This document shows positions 35,801 to 46,583 of a stretch of 64,000 nt of DNA, piece after piece. Each line of letters begins with the position of its first letter. The stretch's first letter is position 1. The stretch is taken from contig NC_079239.1 of assembly GCF_027921745.1 (NCBI RefSeq), positions 1,550,001 through 1,614,000 on the forward strand, given 5' to 3'. The DNA comes from Schizosaccharomyces osmophilus. Its lineage: Eukaryota. Both the position numbers and the translations under genes were made by a program. The notes under the pieces are model-generated. The model worked only from the letters and a program-made list of their open reading frames with translations. It searched no databases and was not told where the DNA came from.

Positions 35801-37859
35801 ATCTATTGAGAGTGCTAACGACTTTTGCCAAAGATGTGAGAATTTGTTTAAGAGACTATTCAGCGACATAGCTGACAATAGTTCATTATCCTTTTATTTA
35901 AGCATCCTTGTTCAACCTCAAAGCAATATCGGATGTGCTATCCAAGAGCTGATAATGATAGCTGTTTCTTCTTCTGATTTAATGAGTGTTTTTGCCGGTC
36001 AAACTATTACAGATCTATTGAAGTTAGCTTCTTCAATGTTTCCTTTAAGCTCTGATGAATTTGAAACTTTATGTAACAGCTTGGATATTCTCGCGTCAAA
36101 GTCAGACATCTTAGTTGTAGCCCTTCTTGAAGGATTCAAACCTCTTGAGCTGGATTCAAGTGTCGTCGCAAAGTTAAGATTTAGAAGTGCTAGTCAACTA
36201 TCTGGTAAGTTGGTATCTAGCCCTTCTGTAACCAATGCTTTAATGATGCTGAATGCAGCTACGCCAACTGGAGACGATTCGAAAGTGCTGCTGCCCATAA
36301 CCCGTTGTCCATTACTCTTAACAAGCCTTACTGAATGGGCAACTGGCGTTGCTACAAAATCATTGGATTTATTGTCATTGTCTCTGTTATTGAGATTTCT
36401 TCATGGTTTTCTACCCTCCGTTCAAAAGTTTACGGGTCCTTACTGGAATCGAATTTTTGAATTAATAAAATTCACACTTAAGCTTTCTCCAGTTGATATT
36501 CCTATAGTAAAGTCTATGGAGCTTTACGCACTCCGCCTATATCTTGCGCTTACGAAAATTTCGGACAGAAACGACGACATTTACGATGGGCTTCTTGAAC
36601 AGGATGATGATATAAACTATCTTGGAGTGAAAAGTTTCCTTTCTAGCCATGAATCTAGTCTAAAGTCTTCAGTAACCGTTGGACTCTGCAATAGCTACCT
36701 TGTACGAATATTAGACAGTTGTTCAGAAAAGATTATAGCAAAAATTCCCTATCAAGAGCTTTATCCTAATTTGCTTGACTTTTCGGATTTGCAAAACGAA
36801 GGCACGTGTATGAAGTTATTGTATGAAAAAATCTCGAGTGAAGTTAAAGACTTGACGGTGTATTATTTGGTTGAAAGCACTTCTGAACCCGACGTTTCTT
36901 TCGCTCCGGAATTGCTTTCCATACTCATTGATTACGCTGAAAATCCTTTAACTCTCTTAGGTGAAATTGATACTATGGAATCTGCTCTACGATCTTATCT
37001 TTTAGCATGGGACCTTGTTTTCCACCATTTTGAAGAAACGACATACCAAATTAAGCTTGCTCTCACCGAACAGTTGTTGTCGATGGATCTAGTAAGACCA
37101 TTACTTGCGATTATTGTAGAAGTGCTCCAGTTGTCCTATGATAGGCCTGTCGATGTAAGTAATTATTCAAAAACATCCTATAACCTTATGGACTATGCTT
37201 CTCCGCTACATCGAACTCGATGCCTGTGTACGTATATCTATTATCAATGCTTGAGACATTTATCTTCAGCAGTCCGTGGATACTGGTCGGAAATTAAGAA
37301 TAGAGCCTTTACATACACAGTTGAGTCATTCACAGAGTCTAACGTGTCTCCATTATTAATTTCTGCTTCTCTGGATGATGTAGAAAAGGCGATTTCTTCG
37401 TCGACCTTTGAAACCTCTGGAGATACCGTTGTCAAATTGAACAGAAATACAAAAGAAATATCTTTTATATATCACGTTGATGAGCATAAACTTGAGATGG
37501 CGATTAGGATACCTTTGGCTTACCCTCTTCATCAAGTACAAGTGGAAGGAATTGAAAGAGTTGGTGTGAATGAACGACAATGGCGAGCATGGATTCTGGC
37601 TTCCCAAAGTATTCTGACATCCCAAAACGGCTCAATAATTGATGCTTTACAATTGTTGAAGAGAAACATTTCGATGCACTTTGAAGGTGTTGAAGAGTGT
37701 GCAATTTGCTACTCTGTGTTGTCGGTTGAAAGAACATTACCAAACAAGCGCTGCAATACATGTAGACACAAGTTTCATGCTTCTTGTTTGTATAAATGGT
37801 TCAAATCTTCGAATGCTAGCCGGTGCCCATTGTGCCGTAGTAGCTTTACCTTTGTGTAA
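32872..37859 (+). CDS. rkr1: Ribosome quality-control E3 ligase Rkr1/Ltn1 (exons 32872-32897, 33074-37859)
   Basis: N-terminal KSLQKRDITTKCRAL, RWD-like IRIPLAYPL, and C-terminal RING FEGVEECAICYSV...C..C..KFH..CLYKWF..S...CPLCR; 176-nt first intron. Confidence 0.96.
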
Positions 37860-38251
37860 AACAGGAATATTACAGTTTATAAATGATACATTCGATAAAT
37901 TGTTTCTCTTTTGACTTTAGAGGTTTTGCATAGTTTTCTTTTTTTTTGAATAATAAAAGTTTTACGTTCTGTTTCAGTGATTTGATAGGAGTTGTTTGTT
38001 TTCATTGCAACGACGAGCATGGAGCATCTTAAAAAAGTATTCATTAGATTAGTTTTCAAAATCTATAACGAAAATTGTACTTCAACAAAAAGAAGGATAT
38101 TGGTAAACAAATTTGTGTTTGTTTATGTTTTGAAAAAAAGGGGATGAATGTGAGTTATATTGGTAATTCACCACTTTGCTTTTGTTTATCCGGAATCAAA
38201 ACAAAAATAAATAACCCAATTCAAGGCAACAAGAAACATCCTAGAGCAAAT

Positions 38252-39156
38252 ATGTCGAGCATTCAGGACTCCGGGATTAGTTCCATTCAAGAAGATCAAA
38301 CTGATGTTTCGAACTATTTAGATATAGAAAACATGTTTATGTATGGAAAGGATAGAAACAGGGAATAATGAAGCTAACCGGCAGGATGTTGACCCAATTA
38401 CAGGAACAGTTTTGCAAAAGTATACCTGAAGAAAGTGTAGATGATAGTCGTTATAAGTTAATTGAAAACCAATACGGATGGTGCAAAGAAAGCAGTGTCT
38501 TGATATCTGCAGTCTTTGTTATGATATTGGATTCTATACATGAGTTCCTAGAAAACCAAGGGAAGGTTCCAATCGGCTCAGCTAAGGGAGAAGAATTCAA
38601 TCACCAAGACACGCTTAAAGTTTTTAAAGAAGTATCTATGGATGAAGAGAAAGTAAAGTTTCATCACTTCTATACAGTGTTATCGTGTGCAGTTGATGGA
38701 CTAAGAATTGTGAATTATCAAGTTCGTGAAGCACTAGAAAAGAAAGACTCGGAGAATCACGGAGACTTGGACGACTATGAGGGTGAAGTTAGCTCCTTTG
38801 TGGAACGATTCCAAATTTCCTTGAAAGAGCTCATTGAAGTTGGAATTTATGTACAAGCGTTAGGGAAAGGCAAAAACAAGCGGCCATACTTGGGAGTTTA
38901 TCAAACATTTGGAAAATCTAGTGTAGTGCAATTACAAAGACAACTAAACGGTTACACTAGTCGAGTTATAGAACCGCTAATTCCCGAAACCGAGCAAGAT
39001 CCAAATTCATCGGAAACTCCATCCTCCTCTTCCGATGGCAGACTGGGTGCAAGATTGAAGATAGGAAATAAAAATTCCTTCACAAATCTCTTCAAGATGA
39101 AACGCTTTCATAGATCCCACAAAGAGCTGAAGGAGCAAGAGCCCGTTCACGACTAG
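38252..39156 (+). CDS. Uncharacterised Schizosaccharomyces-type protein (exons 38252-38340, 38385-39156)
   Basis: GTATGG...GCTAAC...CAG intron joins MSSIQDSG... in frame to the 262-aa ORF. No recognisable domain. Confidence 0.7.
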
Positions 39157-39313
39157 GCCCTTAACAACGCAATGGAAGATGATGCCGCTTGTATAACTGA
39201 AAGCCAAGCGTTAAGATTTAATAACTTCACAGTGTAATATGCTTCACATTGGTTCTAGTAAGTCACTATTTTTAATTCTGGATCATGTGCTCGTGATAGA
39301 ATAACCAAAGGCG

Positions 39314-39661
39314 TCAATCGGAAGAAGACTTATTTCGGCTTTTTAGTAATAACTCATGAATTTCTTCTGCCTCCTGTTCTTCCATCATTCGGCGACGCTC
39401 CATGGAAGATGTTTTCTGTTGGAGTGCTTTTTCTCGATTGACTTTTGCTTTCTCGTTTCTCTAATAATATAAGTTAATTTCCTGTGTATATTTACTAGAA
39501 TATGTAAAAGTATATACGTCTTGATTCAAACAACCTTTTAGGTTGTATTTGATGGAGTTACATTCTCCAAAAATTTTTCCATAATGTTTATGGCATTCTT
39601 TTAATGCCAATATAAGATCCGCACATTGCTTTTGATTATTGATATCGAGATGAGGATGCAT
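39314..39661 (-). CDS. Twin CX9C mitochondrial intermembrane-space protein, Cmc1/Cmc2 family (exons 39661-39518, 39460-39314)
   Basis: MHPHL...C-ADLILALKE-C...C-NSIKYNLKG-C gives two CX9C motifs; the N-terminus is Cmc2-like. Confidence 0.85.
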
Positions 39662-40201
39662 TGGCAACTGCTAGTGAAAAGACCAAACGAAAATTTGTAA
39701 ATTCGTACTTTGTGTGGAAAAGGGAAAATTTCTTAGCACTTTCAATTGATTTTCCGTTTATACAAATTACAATTCAGTTATTTTTTGTGAAAATTAAAAT
39801 TAATTAAATACTTATAAAATGAAACAAGACATACTTCTCGTTGGGTAGTATTCGCTGCATACAAATGCTCTCCTGCGAAAAAGTTACAGCAAAGCTCTTT
39901 AAACATTATGAATTGGAGATAGGTATTATTTTTGTTTCAATATTGTTTAGGATTTGAAGAAAATCATGCTTCTAGTCGAATGGAATGCATTTGGTTCTCA
40001 ATGTACGGCGTCGAAAAGCGTAAGAGCAAATACTTAATTGAGTAGATGGGACATTCAGAGGTCCGGTTTATATATATATATTTATTTAAACTAGATGTTT
40101 TTTTTAAAAAAAAAAAAAAAAAAAAGACATGTTTGTCAATTTTCTAAATGAAAAATCGGGATAAACTATGCATACGTAAGTCGACAAAACTCAGATTCAA
40201 T

Positions 40202-41629
40202 TTAGACAACTGGAAGCTTTTTATCAGCAGCAGGCAAGTCCGTTTCAGGGTCATCTTTATATGATGGTAAAGGCTCTTGCAGATTGCTAGAGTTGCCATC
40301 TTTCAACACTTTCTCACGTCTATTCAAATTAATCGCGACAACACAAAAGAACATAACACCAATAAGGATTTTCATAACCTCAGGTAAAATTTCAAAAGAT
40401 GCTGTGCTGTTCACAAAAATTATTATGCTCACAAGGGTTGAGATAACAGTAAACACTACGAACATAGCAAAATTCGTGCTTTTAGCTTCAACCAATGTAA
40501 GACCCTTTCTGCAAGCTAGGAATTGTCCGATGAACATTACCGAAGGAATATAACCAAAGTTGAAAAGCATCCATGCCGCTTGCAAATACTTTGCTTTAGG
40601 GGAACCAACAATGAAGAGAACAGGGAAAATAAAAGGCGCAATAGTGATAAATGCCAATTGAGTCCAACCCACTAGTGTGACCAAAGAAATCAGTTTTTTT
40701 GAACTATGTCGGACGTAACCCATGCCAAGTGCAAATGCCAAAATAAACGAATTAAATAAAGAACGTTCAATTCCGTTACCAAAACTGTAACTAAAGAACA
40801 TCGAAAACAGAGCAAAATTACCGTGTGTTTCGTAAAAATCCTTGTTTGAAAATAATGATTGCTTTATAGGGTGGTTGAATAGAAATGCAATATACCAACC
40901 GAGCAACAGACAGTGAGTAAAGGTAATCTTTTGGGGGTTACGAAACAAGTGGATGAGCCAATATAAACCTATACAACTGGAAATCACTGACAAAAAGACG
41001 AAGCTACGATAAAAAGGTGTAGAATCTTGTAAATCACCGGATCTGTAACGAACATGCATGATCGGGTCATACTCATCTTGAGACTTGGTCCGTACTGATT
41101 CTCCTTGTAAGAAGGATTCAGTATCTTCTGGAAGCTCTTGGTACCCAACAAATAAATGTATGCCGGGCTCACGAAAAGGTTGCCTATAGGATTTCGTAAC
41201 TCCGGAGCTTAGAGAGTATTCAAGAAAACTCTCATTAGATTTTGGAACAAGACTTTTTATAAATTCGAAATCCTTTGAACCGTCAATAGCGTGTTTATAA
41301 GCTTGAAATAAGTCTGGATAGAAAATGCTTCGAAAATGAACCGTTCCATTTACATTTGGCTTTAAGTAGATTTTCGCATAAGCCGACTCCGGTTCATTTT
41401 CGATGGGATTTATCAGATACCAAGAGGTAAATGCTTGAACATTCGAGGATGTATCAACAGGGAAAACCGCCAAAGTTTCATCTTCTACAAAACTTGGAGA
41501 GTCGCTAGCACCGTTGCCCCCATCGATATGATCATAAGAAACAGGACCATCTGCATGTGGATCATAAGGCAAAGAAGCGAGAACCGACCCCGTAAACAAC
41601 AGGGCACTAATCCAGGACGAAAACAGCAT
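40202..41629 (-). CDS. Intronless membrane protein: signal peptide, ~190-aa luminal domain, ~7 TM helices (GOST/Ptm1- or Ftm-like architecture)
   Basis: 475-aa ORF with signal MLFSSWISALLFTGSVLA, N-glycosylation sequons (NGT, NES), about seven hydrophobic segments from residue ~206, and a cytosolic tail containing LPSY. Family assignment is tentative. Confidence 0.8.
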   Translation of the reverse strand: MLFSSWISALLFTGSVLASLPYDPHADGPVSYDHIDGGNGASDSPSFVEDETLAVFPVDTSSNVQAFTSWYLINPIENEPESAYAKIYLKPNVNGTVHFRSIFYPDLFQAYKHAIDGSKDFEFIKSLVPKSNESFLEYSLSSGVTKSYRQPFREPGIHLFVGYQELPEDTESFLQGESVRTKSQDEYDPIMHVRYRSGDLQDSTPFYRSFVFLSVISSCIGLYWLIHLFRNPQKITFTHCLLLGWYIAFLFNHPIKQSLFSNKDFYETHGNFALFSMFFSYSFGNGIERSLFNSFILAFALGMGYVRHSSKKLISLVTLVGWTQLAFITIAPFIFPVLFIVGSPKAKYLQAAWMLFNFGYIPSVMFIGQFLACRKGLTLVEAKSTNFAMFVVFTVISTLVSIIIFVNSTASFEILPEVMKILIGVMFFCVVAINLNRREKVLKDGNSSNLQEPLPSYKDDPETDLPAADKKLPVV

Positions 41630-41675
41630 GACGAACGGACGAATAAACGATTTAAACAGCGGAAATGGCTACGAT

Positions 41676-42909
41676 AACAAAGAAAAATTACCAAAAGAAC
41701 ACAAAATTACACCGAAAAATGAAGGAATAAATAGAAAAACAATGAATGAAACAACAACAATTCGATTTCACATAAAAGAAGGATAATAAACAAATTTTAA
41801 ATTATAGTACGCAAATTGCTCGTTCAAGTTAAAAGGACTATTCGTGGTGGAGCCCATGCATATATATATGCCCCCGACATGGTGGTGATGTTTGTAATGT
41901 GCGGGGAAACGAACCTAGTATACTCATACACACCGAGTTGTCTGCTCTATTACAAAAGAATTTCGATACAATTATATAAATTGGTATATAACTTCGGATG
42001 CAAGTACATATGCATATTTACGAATACTATAATACTAAAAGAAATCCCATTACAAAATGTAAACAAAGTACCAAAAAGACGATAGAAGAAAAAGGAAGCG
42101 TTTGTAGGAGTTCCATAAGCGTGGTAGAACATTAGTAAAAAAAAAAGAAAAGACAAGTTTATTGTCTCATTGGAAATGAAGACCTCCATTGAGCGATTGT
42201 ATGCCTTGTAGAAAGCCGTTTGTTTAATATATCTTTTATTAGTTTTGCTGATTTGTTAGTTGGATTTGGATTCCTGGAAATTAATGTATTCGATGTTTGT
42301 TCATAGTTCGTAGCTTATAGTTCATACTTATAAAACTCTTTCCTTCTATTTCTCTATTTATTGTTGTTGCAAGCTTGATCCGAGAGTGTTTTGCAAAGAA
42401 AGTCTTGATAAGGACTGCTTCTTTTCAGACCTTGCAAAGAGCGATCACTCATTTCTATGTTTTCCTTTGTGTTGTTCCTGGAAATTCTTTTAGTCTTTCT
42501 TTCCATAAAATTACCTTTTCGAGTTATCGCGTTTACAATGCCAATAAGCTCCTTAATTGGTATCGCAAGCTTCCTGATATTTGCCTTAAAGAATGAAGTT
42601 ACCCCTGGCTTTCTTTATTGTTTGAAAAGTTTAATTATTTCTGTTATTATCCATTTTGGGATTTCCCAGTCTTTGTTTCCTTTTTTGTTTACATTGCTTT
42701 GTTCCTTGTAATGTCATTTACTGTTACTTGTCGCGTCGCTTCTGCGGTAGGTACTTTGTTTTGGGATATCAATGCTTTGTCTAGTACCATTACCAGCCCA
42801 AAAAAAATCATTTAGAAAACGCGTTTTTATGGGCTTCAAAGAGTCCTTTGTTTCTTTTGAAACATTGAAAACAATACGAACATAATGGAAAGGTCAATAG
42901 TATATATAA
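41676..42909. promoter_or_regulatory. Mating-type/pheromone-type promoter: Ste11 TR boxes, MADS CArG box, TATA
   Basis: TTTCTTTGTT at 41685-41676(-). CTTTGTT cores at 42068-42062(-), 42671, 42697, 42754 and 42846. CCTTAATTGG at 42551-42560. TATATATAA at 42901. Confidence 0.65.
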
Positions 42910-43376
42910 TGGAGACAATGGCACACAATAGCCATTGTTCTACACTGAAGATTCAGTAAGAAATACACAGCCTAAAACACTCGCTAGCGAAATAGACGTT
43001 TGCGATAACTTTTTGAGTTTGTTTAGATTCTCTGAAGCGTCTGTGTTTCGTTTCCTGGGTTTTGGTTTTCCTGTCCCATCCATATTTCTTGCCATCCTTT
43101 TCTGCATCCACTTTTGATGAATATTTTTTAAATTCCTTGTTACGACATTTTCTGCATTTTAACTATAGATTCATAACCTTCGTTTGGTTACGTTTTGAGA
43201 AGACCCACGTTTTTGTTCATTTCTTGTAGAGTTTTTGCTCTTTTTTTATTTTTTAGAATTTTCTTGCTTTTTTATACTCGTTCTCTTCTTGATTTTTTTC
43301 AATTCGACTTTCTTATTGCTCTTTCGTTATAAGCATTTCTCCTTACATTCGCTTTTATTAATATTGTCTTTCTTTT

Positions 43377-46300
43377 ATGATGTCTTTACTTACGTACTTT
43401 TTCCTTCCCCTCTTTCTTTTTTCTTTGGTTTCTCCTTCCTTTGCAGAGTTCAAAGACCAAAAAGAAGCCTCTCTTTCCGCGAGAGCGCTTTACTCAAATT
43501 CTACCAAAGATGACGTTTCCACTATCAATCTTGATGTTCCAACTTGTACCTACGACAGTGTCTTGTCTTCTAGTATCGCTCTTTATTCTGCAAAGGAAAC
43601 CGTTACTGCCTCAAGCTATTGGAGCCTCGTTACAACTACCATTACCACTACTGCTTATGAACCATTCACCTCGCATCTTCCCTGTGTCGCGGCTACGAAT
43701 GTTGTTTCTTCTTTAGCTTCTACTGGCTCACCTGGAAGCCCAGCTTCGTCTACTTCTGTTGTTAGTGGTACTCCTTCATCAAGCATAATCTCCTCAACCA
43801 CCTCTGGCTCTTCCGGTACTCCTTCCCCAACTACTTCACCTGTGAATGCTGCATCTGCTTCCACTTCGAACACTGTGCCTTTAAGCAGTGTGACAAGCCC
43901 CAGTTCACTTGCTTCTACACCTGTTGCGTCAACAACCGACTCTTCAAGTGTACCTCCCCCTCAGGCGACTCCTGCTTCATCCAGCACTGAAAACACCTTG
44001 ACCTCCGGTACTGCTACCCCATCATCGACTTATTCTTCAAACATTTCTACCGATCGCATAACCAGCGCCTATACAACTACCGCAACCTCCGTCTCGGCAA
44101 CTACAACCGGGAAAAGTGATACAAAAACAATTAGTCAAACTTTAACACTTGGAACAACAAGTGTTTCGTCAGTGATACTTAACAACAGTACTCCTATTTC
44201 TGGATCATGGCCATTAACTGGAAACAAGCCTGCTATTCCAACTTTTGGTACTCCATCAGGAGCCAACTCTACGCCTCATTCTAAATCTAGTGTCCCTTTG
44301 ACATCCACATCGAACACTGTACCTCATTCTACTAATGCTACAAGCAAGTCAAGCGTCCCAGCTTCTCCTGTAGTGGAAACTTCCTCTGTTACTTCAAGCA
44401 GCTCCCCCTTGACTTCTTCTGCTCCTTCTAACTCTGTTCCATCGACTAGTGGTAAACCGTCGAGCGGAAGTGCTCAAACTTCTTTCCCTAACTCAGAAAT
44501 TGTTTCCAGTCAAGCGTCTACCACTACCTGGGCATCTACATACTACAAAACTATCACTAGTTCTGGATCCATCCTTTCTACAACGATAACCTCAAGTTCA
44601 AGCTTTGTTCCCCATACTCCTACTCCCTCTTGGGTTACTGAGACCATCACTTCCGGTTCTCAAGGATTCACTTCCACTGTTGCTACTCCCTCAGGCTCTT
44701 CCGCTGGAACTGTTGTGATTGATACTCCTAGCCCTAGTCCCTCTTGGGTTACTAAAACCATCACTTCTGGTTCTCAAGGATTCACTTCCACCGTTGCTAC
44801 TCCTTCAGGTTCTTCCGCTGGAACTGTTGTGATTGACACTCCTAGTGCCACTCCCTCTTGGGTCACTAAGACCATCACTTCCGGTTCTCAAGGATTCACT
44901 TCCACCGTTGCTACTCCCTCAGGCTCTTCCGCTGGAACTGTTGTGATTGACACTCCTAGTGCCACTCCCTCTTGGGTCACTAAGACCATCACTTCCGGTT
45001 CTCAAGGATTCACTTCCACCGTTGCTACTCCTTCAGGTTCTTCCGCTGGAACTGTTGTAATCGATACTCCTAGTGCCACTCCCTCTTGGGTCACTAAGAC
45101 CATCACTTCCGGTTCTCAAGGATTCACTTCCACCGTTGCTACTCCCTCAGGCTCTTCCGCTGGAACTGTTGTGATTGACACTCCTAGTGCCACTCCCTCT
45201 TGGGTCACTAAGACCATCACTTCCGGTTCTCAAGGATTCACTTCCACCGTTGCTACTCCCTCAGGCTCTTCCGCTGGAACTGTTGTGATTGACACTCCTA
45301 GTGCTACGCCTAACGGTTCTGTTGCCATTAACACTCCTAGCCCTACTCCCTCTTGGGTTACTGAGACCATCACTTCCGGTTCCCAAGGATTCACTTCCAC
45401 CGTTGCTACTCCCTCAGGCTCTTCCGCTGGAACTGTTGTGATTGATACTCCTAGCCCTAGTCCCTCTTGGGTTACTAAGACCATCACTTCCGGTTCTCAA
45501 GGATTCACTTCCACCGTTGCTACTCCCTCAGGCTCTTCCGCTGGAACTGTTGTGATTGACACTCCTAGTGCCACTCCCTCTTGGGTCACTAAGACCATCA
45601 CTTCCGGTTCTCAAGGATTCACTTCCACCGTTGCTACTCCTTCAGGTTCTTCCGCTGGAACTGTTGTAATCGATACTCCTAGTGCCACTCCCTCTTGGGT
45701 CACTAAGACCATCACTTCCGGTTCTCAAGGATTCACTTCCACCGTTGCTACTCCCTCAGGCTCTTCCGCTGGAACTGTTGTGATTGATACTCCTAGCCCT
45801 AGTCCCTCTTGGGTTACTGAGACCATCACTTCCGGTTCTCAAGGATTCACTTCCACCGTTGCTACTCCCTCAGGCTCTTCTGCTGGAACTGTTGTGATTG
45901 ATACTCCTAGCCCTACTCCTTCTTGGGTCACTAAGACCATCACTTCCGGTTCTCAAGGATTCACCTCTACCATCGCTACCGCAGAGGGCTCTAAGACTGG
46001 TACCGTGTTAATTGATGTTCCTACACCTGCCTGGGTGACTACTACGACGACTTCTGGATCTGCAGGATTTACCTCGACAGTTGCGACTGCAAGCGGTACC
46101 CAAACTGGAACTGTATTAGTAGATGTTCCCACTCCCTCATCTTCCTTCCCTTCATGCAACAGCCGCTGTAACAATGATAATTCCTTCCGCATCCAGGTTC
46201 TGAATGACGATATTTCTCCTTCATACGTACATTTGGATGAAAACAACTATGCTATCGCATCTTCTAACTATACAAACAGTGAGCATACCTTCGTATATGA

Positions 46301-46583
46301 TTCTGACAGTAAAAGAATTGTAACCTGCTGTAATGTGAAACCCATCTACAGAATGGACAAAGACGACCGGGAAGCATATTCTTTGGAAATCTTCAAGGAT
46401 AATGATGGACAGTTCCAATTCAAATACTCAGACAATGGTGTCTCCCATTCTTTGGAACTGTTAACCTTGACGGATGGCAGAGTCGGTGTGACCACAGACT
46501 TACAAAAGTTCAAGCCCTTCTACTCCAATGGCACTGAAATGGAACGTTCAGAGAACGTCGTATTAAGAGCGGTCAACTATTAA
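43377..46583 (+). CDS. map4: Cell-surface mating adhesin Map4 (signal peptide, S/T-rich stalk, tandem repeats, C-terminal DIPSY domain)
   Basis: Signal peptide; SWVT.TITSGS.GFTST.ATP repeats; C-terminal domain with NDDISPSYVHL and a CC pair; synteny upstream of ucp3. Confidence 0.88.
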   Translation: MMSLLTYFFLPLFLFSLVSPSFAEFKDQKEASLSARALYSNSTKDDVSTINLDVPTCTYDSVLSSSIALYSAKETVTASSYWSLVTTTITTTAYEPFTSHLPCVAATNVVSSLASTGSPGSPASSTSVVSGTPSSSIISSTTSGSSGTPSPTTSPVNAASASTSNTVPLSSVTSPSSLASTPVASTTDSSSVPPPQATPASSSTENTLTSGTATPSSTYSSNISTDRITSAYTTTATSVSATTTGKSDTKTISQTLTLGTTSVSSVILNNSTPISGSWPLTGNKPAIPTFGTPSGANSTPHSKSSVPLTSTSNTVPHSTNATSKSSVPASPVVETSSVTSSSSPLTSSAPSNSVPSTSGKPSSGSAQTSFPNSEIVSSQASTTTWASTYYKTITSSGSILSTTITSSSSFVPHTPTPSWVTETITSGSQGFTSTVATPSGSSAGTVVIDTPSPSPSWVTKTITSGSQGFTSTVATPSGSSAGTVVIDTPSATPSWVTKTITSGSQGFTSTVATPSGSSAGTVVIDTPSATPSWVTKTITSGSQGFTSTVATPSGSSAGTVVIDTPSATPSWVTKTITSGSQGFTSTVATPSGSSAGTVVIDTPSATPSWVTKTITSGSQGFTSTVATPSGSSAGTVVIDTPSATPNGSVAINTPSPTPSWVTETITSGSQGFTSTVATPSGSSAGTVVIDTPSPSPSWVTKTITSGSQGFTSTVATPSGSSAGTVVIDTPSATPSWVTKTITSGSQGFTSTVATPSGSSAGTVVIDTPSATPSWVTKTITSGSQGFTSTVATPSGSSAGTVVIDTPSPSPSWVTETITSGSQGFTSTVATPSGSSAGTVVIDTPSPTPSWVTKTITSGSQGFTSTIATAEGSKTGTVLIDVPTPAWVTTTTTSGSAGFTSTVATASGTQTGTVLVDVPTPSSSFPSCNSRCNNDNSFRIQVLNDDISPSYVHLDENNYAIASSNYTNSEHTFVYDSDSKRIVTCCNVKPIYRMDKDDREAYSLEIFKDNDGQFQFKYSDNGVSHSLELLTLTDGRVGVTTDLQKFKPFYSNGTEMERSENVVLRAVNY
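44628..46140 (+). repeat. Coding tandem array in map4: eleven 114-bp (38-aa) units, one 39-bp insert, two diverged ~108-bp units
   Basis: Units start (TCTTGGG) at 44628, 44742, 44856, 44970, 45084, 45198, 45351, 45465, 45579, 45693, 45807, 45921, and (GCCTGGG) 46029. Confidence 0.95.

Noticed and set aside
40098..40124. T8-A19 tract downstream of the 7TM gene as a retrocopy poly(A) scar
   Set aside because: The long run is on the wrong strand for a poly(A) tail of a minus-strand gene (only A8 in sense), and no target-site duplication is evident.
40202..41629. Possible wtf meiotic-driver gene (multi-TM, PY motif, synteny-breaking)
   Set aside because: It is intronless, has a signal peptide and a large luminal domain, the PY motif is C-terminal, and I see no flanking 5S rDNA or LTR. 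All of this is unlike wtf genes.
41816..43513. Several hydrophobic 60-90 aa ORFs in the map4 upstream region
   Set aside because: They are by-products of T-rich promoter and leader sequence (Phe/Leu/Ile codons), mostly with non-ATG starts.
44628..46140. Regular repeats resembling a CRISPR array
   Set aside because: These are head-to-tail in-frame coding repeats with no unique spacers, in a eukaryotic adhesin gene.
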